A stretch of DNA of 64,000 bases, from NCBI RefSeq assembly GCF_964355755.1, contig NC_092673.1, positions 9,052,001-9,116,000 on the forward strand, in the 5' to 3' direction. Below are positions 54,135 to 64,000 of this stretch, one piece after another. How positions within the stretch are numbered: the stretch's first letter is position 1; the number at the start of each line of letters is the position of its first letter. The position numbers were made by a program, and so were the translations under genes. Source of the DNA: Antedon mediterranea. Taxonomy: Eukaryota > Animalia > Echinodermata. The notes under the pieces are model-generated. The model was not told the origin of the DNA, did not search any database, and worked only from the letters and a program-made list of their open reading frames with translations.

Positions 54135-54662
54135 CAGTAGAACCTGTGTTTTACGTACCCTGATTTTACGTTCCCTTGATTTTACGTACGCTTAAAATAA
54201 CCGATGACGTCATCATTTTCTTACATTGAGGGCGCAATTTAACAACAACAAAGCACACAAAGCCACAATCATGCAGCATGGCTTTGTGTGGAATTCTGCT
54301 GTGTGTTAGAGTCAAGCTACGCACGTGCAGCGACTGTTTTTATTGATAGAAAATACAAGAACATTGATATTTTACACTTTATTTAAACATCTCACAGCCT
54401 GTATATACTGTACAGTACTGTATTTTTCTAGTTAGGCCTCGCATCTTGCTAGGCCTGCTAGCCTGGCCTGAAAGTCTAGGCAAGGCCTAGCTAGTGACAA
54501 CCTACATACATGCTGTTCAATAAAGTAGAAAAACAGGGTAGCCTTTATAGCTACGATCTCTACGTATTTGGGGTAAATTTAAGGTCAACCTTGATTTTAC
54601 GAATCCTTTGTTTTACGTACGCCTTTCGGTCCCGTACCGTACGTAAAATGGAGGTTCTACTG
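54135..54662. mobile_element. Tigger/pogo-type MITE (528 bp)
   Basis: TA-cagtagaacct...ttttacgtac / gtacgtaaaa...aggttctactg-TA, with subterminal gattttacg repeats. Confidence 0.85.
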
Positions 54663-55550
54663 TAACTCAATGTAATTTAGTATACAATGATTGCAGTAAT
54701 CGCTGTGTCTATAACACAAATCAATAAAACGCCAAATACGCCACACTTTTTTTGGCCGTGTACATTTCATGTTTATTTTATGCCCATGAAATAATAGAAG
54801 AACACCATGTTTCTCTTTTATATTTATCGTTTATACTGCATATACCATTATTATATAAAAACCTTCATACGCGAGAAAAAAGTTCACGATATTACACTCC
54901 ACTCTGTACAGGGGTGTAAATATACCAACTAACACTTGCACACACGGACCAGGGCGGTAATTAACTGAAATGGCGAAAATTGTTTATTTTTGGAGAGTGA
55001 TGACACAAGGAGCGATCCCAGCTACACAACTTGACGCTGGTAATACTGTAGGAGTGCGTGTGTTTTGAAAATAACTCAGTTGTGGGTATTTTCCGAAGAT
55101 TTTAAATCACGTTTTCCTTTTAAACTCTTGAATTCTTAAATAGTAATTATAAACTCTGCTCTTACACTATGTAGGCCTATTTACACAACTATAATGCTAA
55201 CCCTAGCTCTAGCTTACTCTTCTTAATCAAAAGAGTCCGGTGCGTCGAATCCATGTCTAGCGACGGTAGCGGGTTGGTTGGTTGCATCTTTATTTTGTTT
55301 GAGAATTAAGGGGGTGGCTAGCTACTCTATTCACCTCTAGATCCGCTCCCCTGTATGTCTCTAGTTTTAAAAGGGCATTACAGAAAAAGTTTTGTACCCT
55401 GAAATCTTTATCTAACTCTTACTTGTGAAGCCCTTTTGAATTTTTAGAGCAGCTCTTAATAATGTAACTTTAGTAAAAAGTAATTGGTGCAATTTAATTA
55501 TACGTCGTATAAATGACATCCCTAGATGGCTGGAAATGGTACTCTCGCCT

Positions 55551-55782
55551 GTAAAAAATCATGATAAATGGCACCTCTAGTTGGCCGGAAATAGCACGCT
55601 CGCAATTGGCAAAACAATCGTGTCCTACTTTTTCCGACGATAAACACATTTGCGTTCAATGCTAACGTCAAGGGGTTGTCCCGAACCATAAAAACTTCCC
55701 CTGGCTAGGGCGTGAACAACATTGCTATGAGTGTAATTTGGGATGGACATGTTTATATTTCTTTCTATTATTCTAATAATGT
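55551..55782 (+). repeat. Direct repeat, copy 2
   Basis: Matches 53816-54061 and abuts the 17-bp minisatellite. Confidence 0.9.
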
Positions 55783-55785
55783 CTC

Positions 55786-55972
55786 CTCCACCTCGGTGGC
55801 GCCTCCACCTCGGTGGCGCCTCCACCTCGGTGGCGCCTCCACCTCGGTGGCGCCTCCACCTCGGTGGCGCCTCCACCTCGGTGGCGCCTCCACCTCGGTG
55901 GCGCCTCCACCTCGGTGGCGCCTCCACCTCGGTGTCTCCTCCACCTCGGTGGCGCCTCCACCTCGGTGGCGC
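55786..55972. repeat. GC-rich minisatellite, 11 x 17 bp (CTCCACCTCGGTGGCGC)
   Basis: Ten identical units and one variant (..GGTGTCTC at 55922). Each unit contains the CCACC/GGTGG inverted pair. Confidence 0.97.
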
Positions 55973-56659
55973 CTCTCCCCCGGCTTCCCTATCTTTCTCA
56001 CAGTACGTTCTTTCTGCAAGCCTACAGGTATAGATCTATCGAAAATGGCCAGTTTTGATGATTCAGATTTCAATACATAAAAGTTCATAAAATCACCCGT
56101 GTTTATATGACACGTCATTGAAAAGCTATAGTGATCGGAATAAAAAAAAACGTCATTCTTTAAAAACAATTGCAGAGGATTTGGAGAAAACAGGTAAGAG
56201 GTAACATAGGCCTAGTATATGTACTACAAAACTTTATTAGAATTACAAAATAACGTATACAAAGTCTATTTAATTAATCTATTACGAGTCTATAACAATT
56301 CTACTTTTGCATAATTTTGCATAGAGGCATCTACTACTAGTCTACCTAGTCCGAGACCTACTACTGTATGTCTATTGATTGATAGGTCTAGTATTAGTAT
56401 GCCTAATTTAATCTACTTGTACTTTCCTCACTGATATATCTATCCACTATAGTAGTAAATACAGATATGCATGCTTCAGTCGTAATAGAGGTGATATGAT
56501 TTGAACATCTTTTCGTAAATATAAATTAAATAATCTTTTATTATTATTTAATATTAGGTGCGTATAAAAAGTCACAATATAAATTATTATTAATATTGCA
56601 TTGAAAATAAAGTTATATTATTATTACCTCCGCCAAGGAGGTTATATTTATTATTATTA

Positions 56660-58295
56660 TTGTGCCTTTGACATAGTTAACCATAACATTCTTTCCTCCA
56701 AACTTCTCTATATGGCTTCTCTTGCTTCTACCTGGTTTAAATCTTGCTTAACATCACATAGTCAGCAAGTGCCATATGGCAACACTCTATCTGACACTAG
56801 TTCTGTTTATGCGGAAGTCCTGCAAGGCTCCAATCTTGGATCTCTCTTATTCTCTTTATATATTAATAATCTTCCCTCTGCACATACTAATCTAGATAGT
56901 AACATACACACTGACATGTATGCCGAGATGTGGCGTGTGGCGCAGTGTGTTGGACGTTGGACTACCGATCGTCAGACCTAGATTCGAATCCAACTCTCGC
57001 CGCATTGCTTGTATCCGTAGGCAAGATACTTTACTTACGTTGCCTCTCTCCACCCAGGTGTATAAATGGGTACCCAGTTAGATCTAGACACAACTTTGCG
57101 CTGGTTACCGGCTGCATTATGGGAGTATGTTTCCATACGTGTTTGATCCCAAAAAATACTGGGGTAATAATCCTTGTAAAGCGCCTTTGAGCATGATTAC
57201 TCATGAAAAGGGCGCTATATAAATGTGGTATTATTATGACACTATTATATATTACAGTAACACATCTTTACCCCTAATTGAGCAAAAACTAAATATGACT
57301 CTTACTCACCTTTCTGTGGCTCAATGCTAACAAACTTTCACTTAATGTTTAAAAAACTACATCTATGGTTATTGGTTCCTCACACAAACTATAAGCAACT
57401 ACTAATGGCATTAATCTCAACATTGAAAATACTCCTTTCAGCTGAGTCACACCTTACAAACACCTTGGAGTTATAACTCTTACATGGACATCTTTACGTA
57501 AACAACTCAACTCAACAAACGTCCTTCTTGCACGCACCTCTAAATTTGTCGACATATCTTCTCCTTTTGCCTTATTTCTTTCCCGCTTTGATTACTGCTG
57601 CTCAGTTTTGGGTTCTAACTCCAATACTAACTTCTCTAGTAAACTACAAAAAAATCCAAAACAGAGCTTTACGCTTCATTCTCAAACCTCATCTTATGTC
57701 ACACCTCTCTGATTATCACTTTAGACAAGCCCATACCATTCCTCTTCAGAAAAGACTACCAACATGTTTGTCTTACTTTCAAAAACCCTAAATCTTCTTG
57801 TTTTTTTTTTTATTGCCAATGGGAGGATGACTACTCGTCAAATCTCCAAAGGAAATCTTCACATTCCTAAACCCTCTCTTGAAATTTTCAAACTCTCCTT
57901 CAGCTACAAGGCTTCTCATTTCTACAATCATCTTCCTCTATCTATCCGCAAATATCCTTTTCCTCATTCAAAACTAGACTTATGACTTTTCTCTAAACTA
58001 TGTAATCATTTTCCAGACTTTAAATTGAAAAATATTAGATCTAAGTATATATATTTATAATTTTTGCTTAATTTAACATATCAGTTATTTACTATATTCC
58101 CAATTTTCTTATTCATATTTTTAATTCTTATGTAATTTATTTTATTTTATTTATAGGCTTTTGTTTTTCTTTAACTTTACTGTTATTGTTGTATTTTGTG
58201 TATTGTATCTGTTCTGAGGGTCAAATGACCAGCAATTGCTGGATGGATCACCCTCATTAAATATGGTTTAAATAAAATAAATAAATAAATAAAAT
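56660..58295 (+). mobile_element. Decayed CR1/L2-group LINE (RT to 3' tail)
   Basis: AFDIVNHNIL..KL, WFKSCL, QGSNLGSLLFSLYINNLP, MYAD|DT (split by a SINE), KHLGV, QNRALRFIL, SFSYKASHFYNHLP. A stem-loop gagggt..ccagcaattgctgg..accctc precedes the (TAAA)n tail at 58269-58295. Confidence 0.85.
56927..57236 (+). mobile_element. tRNA-derived SINE with Deu/Nin-type core and L2-type tail
   Basis: A-box tggcgcagtgtg, B-box gattcgaatcc, core gcctctctccacccaggtgtataaatgggtacc, tail aagcgcctttgagca...gggcgctatataaat..(tat)n. Confidence 0.85.
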
Positions 58296-61200
58296 CAACC
58301 TTTGAGTTTAATTACTTCATTGGCAGCAGAAAAGGGTACTCAAAATACGGTATAAATTTATAATAATTTATATTTATTGTTTATCCACAAATTTGGTGGT
58401 GAAAGTATGGTAAACAAAATACAGTATATTTTTTATATTATATTATATTTTTTTATACAGTATGAAAAAAATGCCGTATTAAATATGGTATTTACTAGGC
58501 AGCAGAACCAGGGCCAATGTTTTTTTTATTATCAATCATAGATGTAAAAGGTTGCCATCACAACTTTCTACGTCAATAACACTTTCTTAATAATATTTTT
58601 GTCATTTATTTTGATCTTTTTGTTTAATCTCAAACAGTAATTACAATTGACAGATGGCATTTGTAGAATATGTTATCTCATCCATTTTATATTCCTGTAC
58701 TTGTCCCAGTTTATGCTTTTTAAAAGTAGTTCATTCAGAGTTACTAAAGTAAAATAGTAGATTACAGTGTACTTTATGTTTTTAGAATGAGCAAATTTCT
58801 AATAGATGGTAATTCTGGATTAAAAATCTAGAAGGATGAGGAAATTAATGCAATTGTTTTATACAGTAAGAAAAGATATCAGCACACACTGTCCTTAGAC
58901 GAAGAGGCAGCTGTCAACTAAATTAAATTTAATTAAAATGTTTAAAACTAACACTTTTACAGAACAGCTCACAATAACTATGGATAGCAAATCCACCAGC
59001 TTCTGAAATTCATGTCAAATTGGAAAGTGTTATTAAAAATGCTCCTATTTGAACTGCTTATAAGAAAACTATATCATCATATCATAAGAAATAATATTAA
59101 AACATTTATTTATATTTATAGTTTATAAAAACTATAAAGCATTCAAAGAAACCGAACAAATGATGGAGAACATAAATAAACCATGAGAAAAACCGCACCC
59201 AGGAGTAAATGTATCCAGTTAATGTATTCGGTATTAAAAAACAAGTGAATAATTAGAATATGTGGCAGGTACAAGCCAGATCAGTCGCATGTCCCAAAAT
59301 TTAGTTTTGAGATAATATCATATTATGCAGCTAATTATCTGTTTTAAAATAGTAAAAAAATTATTGTAATCCGACTTTTACTTACTTTTACTTATGTGAA
59401 ATTTAAAACATGTATGGATTATGTTTTGGGGAAATGTGGGTTCAAAGTTTATCGACGCGCTGCTGGGCTGCGGTGGCCTTTGCAGAACAGAGAGGCTGAA
59501 TGAACACCCTAGCAACAGGACATGGAAAACACAGTTCTATTATTGTTCTAGTTATCAGATGTTAATAAAATTCCGGAATTATTTAGTTTTTATATTACTC
59601 TAGTAACATGCAAAATCTCAAAATACACTGCTCTCACGTCATTGTTAAGGAAAATATTAAAAAGTCGTTATCATTGGTTAGGATGAAGAACAACTGAAAT
59701 TATTGTCCAATAGATACACCTCTTTAAATTAGCTTTATATTCAAAGTAAACAAGCCAGATTTTGCTTCGACATCTTACAAAAACATAGCTTTACAAAATG
59801 TATTTTTTTACTTGTTTTAGTTGAAAAAAAACAACAAAAAAAAACAACATAGTATGATTCTAGAATACATAAAGGTTAGATTTAATCGATAAAATATTTT
59901 TTTTGTCAACATGATTTGACCTATTCTAGGCTGTATGCCACATATTCAAAAGTAACCATGAAAAACAGTTCCGTGTACATTTAATTGTATCAATTATAAA
60001 ATAGTAATAATTTCATAATGAAATTATTTTTATTTCAGTATTAAGATGGATATAAAACTTTATATACAATTTTAAAAAGTGAGTAAGAAAAGGAGATAGG
60101 ACAACAGAAAATAATGATAAAAAAAATATTAAAACGGAATTGAACTCACAATGTATGTACAGTATACTAATACTCATAGATGCCAGAGTAGAATAATAAA
60201 TCTCATTCATTGTTATTTTTTATGAAATATTTGAATAATGAATAAATAATATAATATACAATAAGTGGTGGTAAACCACAAAAGAGAAGGGATTAAAAAA
60301 CGATTAAAACAAAATCAATTGTTTTTGTACTACTACAGCATATGTCATGATAAGAAATAAAATCTAAATACTGTAGTTTGTAGTGTTAAATAATCTCTTT
60401 AATGTTTGTTTAAATTTATTTTGGACATTTATGATTTATAATTTAGATTGGAATATGGAAATTAAGGATGCTCTCCGGTTTACAAATTCTGTAAGTCATT
60501 GGCTAAATCATTTTGGAAGAAACGATGTGCGGCTAATGTAATGTTGTTGTGCTATAAATTGCTTTTCAACTTTTGCGTGTCATTTTGATTTCTGTTTATT
60601 TAATGTTGACAAGTTTTTAAGTATCTTTGTTTAATTTTATGCCTTAGTGTTGTGTATTCCACACACAGTTATACTTTTCATTTGATTAATACCATGAAAT
60701 TAATTTATTTATTTCTATATGCCTGTGTGTATCTAAACATTTTTATTTATCTTTATTCATTCAGTTTTTTTTTCATTAGTGTATGCATGTTTTGTATTTC
60801 ACACTACATTCAACTTTTAACATAATATGTATACAGGGTTGAATTATAAGTACTTGCTTTCAGAAAGTAGTGCTACCGATGTCAGAACAAAATTCATTTT
60901 CTAGCCACTTTTTGAGCCACAGTATATTGAAGCTAATATAAAACTGCCACTCAGCCTCACCATGAGTCAAGAATATGGACTTTGGAGGATAACTATATAA
61001 ACTATGCACTTTCTGATATAGGTGAAGTGAAATAAAATGATCAGTATTAAGTTCTCTTTCCAATGACACCATGGATGCCCATGTTGAGTGCGGATTGTTT
61101 TCGGCCATTTTGAAATCCAAAATGGCCACTTTCCATATTATTGTTTTGATACCCCAATGAATAATTATGCCAAGTTTTAGAATACTATCACAATTTTAAG

Positions 61201-61868
61201 GACTTGCCTCAAATGAGCATCTTAACAGGCCTAAAGTGCAAATTTGCGCAAAATTCTACGAGGCAAAACATCTGGTCTACCAGCTTTGTTTGGGTCAATT
61301 TTCCTGATAAAAGATATGCACAAATTTTCCTGCAATATATAGCAATGGCAAATTAGCGCTTTAATTTAATTTATTCTTCTAAAAAAAGCAACGACAGCAC
61401 AAAGGTACAACAATAAAATAACCGAGAAAAATGAGACAAGGAAAAAGTTCAAAAGTGAACTAAATCACCGTCGAGTAAAAAACAACACAATTAATATCAA
61501 GAAGTGATAAAATACAGTAAAAAGTGTAACAAAATGCTTGGAAAAATATAGATCGTGGAATTTTACTACAGTATTATGTGTATAAACATGTGGCGGGCGC
61601 TTATTCGAGGAAAACAATAATCGCCCCAGGGCAATTATTTAAACAGGCGATTACTTGAATGATAGGCCTATTTAGAGTATTTTATACTAATTCTAAAATC
61701 TATAGATTATAAATGTCTATACAGTATTTACTTTTTGCTTACTTTGTACTCTGCTAATTTATATTAAAACTTGAGTCATACACTCACAATGTAAGTGTTT
61801 TCTTCTTTTTATTGTGATTTATTTATTATTATTTACATTTGTTTAAAGCAATACAATATCAATTTTCT

Positions 61869-62145
61869 GATGTATTGTCCCCAAAAACATGAAAAAAAGA
61901 TTAATAGCCCGACTTCAAATTGGCTTTTTTGTAGTTTTAAAAAATTAATTACTTTTATAGAAAGAAACTGATCAAATAATGTTTTTACTTAGAGGCCTAC
62001 ATGATAAAATAAATGGTTGTTTGTCAACCAAAAATTCAGCCAATTTTACTATTTTCTGTTTTAAATTACAGTTGTAATTTTTTTATTCAATCCAATTTTT
62101 GGTCAAAGTCAATAACTATTTTGTGACATTAAAATGGCATACTAA
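61869..62145 (-). mobile_element. Kolobok-like MITE family K, diverged partial copy
   Basis: gatgtattgtccccaaaaacatgaaaa... is collinear with 46983-47270. The other end is missing. Confidence 0.65.
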
Positions 62146-62595
62146 AAAAAATAGTCTTGGGTGTCATTGAAATGTGTAGACATAACATTTCATTGTTGTG
62201 CACCTCCTATTTTCCTTAAAAACCAAAAGTTATTTTGTATTGACACTTAAAAGTTTGAATCATATCAAGGGTCAACTTTCTGTGGATTAAAAATGGCATG
62301 TTTCCCAAAAGGTGTGCATGCACACACATCTAAAATTTTAAAATGTGCACAATTAATTTCTAATCATCTTTCTACACGATTCCTGACATTTTGCGCATGT
62401 GTTTACGCACATGTGTTTTTTTTTCATGTGAATTACATTTTTCTAGCCTTTCCTACTAGTTGAGACCATTTTACCTTTAAATCATGCCATACAAACTTGT
62501 TGAATTATACAATTTGCGCACATTTTAGTTTAAAATGTTACAAAATACTGTATTGTCAAAATCATGCTTATTTTTAATCTATTATAGCTCCTCAG

Positions 62596-63745
62596 GACAG
62601 GGGTGGCGCCAGGATCTTCCCGACGCGGGGGCTACATTCCCCGACGAGGGGGGCTATGCGAGCGAAGCGAGCATCACAAGGCTGGGGGACCAAGGGCCCC
62701 CGGTGGGGGTCCAGGGACCAAAGCCCCCGGAAGCAACGCGTTCTAGCGTCATTTGAGGTCATTTTAATCAGATTTAGGGTAGCCATTTTTTCCATTTTTT
62801 ATAATGCATAAATAAAATACTGCGTGCAAAAAAACGATGCGCGATGACTGTTTCAATCCATATTTTTCAATTTAAAAAATAAAAGTTCAAAGAAAATTTA
62901 GAAAAATAGAGTTGGAGGTCCTGGAAATTGGACTTATTATACTTCAAAACATTAAACAAAATATATAAGTCCCTATCATGGTTGTGACTGAGCTAAGAAA
63001 TGTTTGAAAAATAGAGATGTTAGGTCCCGGAAAATGCACTTCTTGTACTTCGAAATATGACCAGCTTTATTGTTGGGGCTGAGCTAAGAAAATGTTTAAA
63101 ACTAGAGCTGCAGGTCTTCAAAAAATTGCATTTCATACTTTGGAAACATCAGGCCCAGAGGCTTAAAAAACGCAAGCGTAGACCCTTTTCAGTCGGGGAA
63201 ATAAGTTTATTCCTCCCAAGTGTAGGCCTATGCCTGCGTACCATCTGGACTTCCGGGTGGTAAGAAATTCATGACATACAGGACATTGAAAATTTAATAA
63301 CTTAGCTATAATAAGATGTTGGCTAAGCGAAAATGGCATGTTTTTTTGTTTAGTAATGGATGAAATATTTATTTTAGGTGCCCCACGGTACAGAAGGTTA
63401 CTTGTAAATTAAAAAACTGGTGAACATACGAACAATTAACTTAATTCGTTTTTGCTGTAGTGTAGCGTACGTCGACACAGTACACGACGTAACCGTCGGT
63501 AAACTTCGCCTGGAAAATAACTACAGTACACATTTTGGTCCCTGGATGGAACATGATATCACGACCCAACGTTGAACGATTCGTACAAAGGGATACCGCC
63601 AGACAAGTGCGTACCTATAGCTATTGTTTAGTAGTAAGTTAGATCGCTGGCAATAATGAATGCATATAAAGTGCATAATATCACTCTGACGTACTCTCAC
63701 GGTCAATGAAACGTCGAGGTTTTCTAGGCGCTGAAGCTACGAAGT
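62596..63745 (+). repeat. Composite dispersed repeat, copy 2
   Basis: Collinear with 47765-50150. Examples: ttcatgacatacaggacattgaaaat and cttagctataataagatgttggctaa occur in both copies. Confidence 0.75.
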
Positions 63746-64000
63746 GAACGCGAACGAATTATATTCCCCGACAAAAAGTACCCGAACCGTCGGTAAACTT
63801 TGTCTGGAAAATAACTACATTACACATTTTGGTCCCAGGATGGAACTTGATATCACGCGTCTCGACCCAACGTTGAACGATTCGTACAAAGGGATACCAC
63901 CAGACAAGTGCGTACCTAGCTAATGTTTAGTAGTAAGTTAGATCGCTGGCAATAATGAATGCATATAAATTGCATAATAGCACTCTGACGTACTCTCAAT
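63491..64000 (+). repeat. Tandem duplication, ~295-bp period, running off the window end
   Basis: aaccgtcggtaaactt..ctggaaaataactaca.tacacattttggtccc starts at both 63491 and 63786. Confidence 0.85.

Noticed and set aside
55625-56169. Overlapping Arg/Pro/Gly-rich ORFs
   Set aside because: Artefacts of the stop-free 17-bp GC-rich array.

Overview
AT-rich animal genomic DNA, not prokaryotic. The GT-AG introns, LINE/SINE/Penelope/Academ/MITE content and Deu- and Meta-type SINEs suggest a marine invertebrate, possibly an echinoderm (inference). The only host gene I can support is a minus-strand R4-type Regulator of G-protein Signalling (RGS). It has three clear coding exons (18565-18408, 17876-17713, 17370-17188) and two phase-compatible candidate first exons at 27903-27848 and 43299-43187, so most of 18.6-43 kb is probably intron. 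The rest is a dense, often nested transposon landscape: 5'-truncated LINEs (RTE-X-like, L1/Tx1, L2/CR1), two Penelope-like fragments each carrying a hammerhead ribozyme (one canonical core, one U3-A8 variant), three tRNA-derived SINEs, a ~3 kb head-to-head foldback made of two Academ 3' arms, and Kolobok-, Tc2/pogo-, Tigger- and Harbinger-type MITEs. There is also a 93-unit 24-bp minisatellite with a 1012-bp higher-order repeat that appears to sit inside a MITE, and a 17-bp GC-rich minisatellite. Most long ORFs in the ORF track are repeat artefacts. I found no CRISPR array, rRNA or intact tRNA gene. All family assignments come from motifs recognised by eye; no searches were run.
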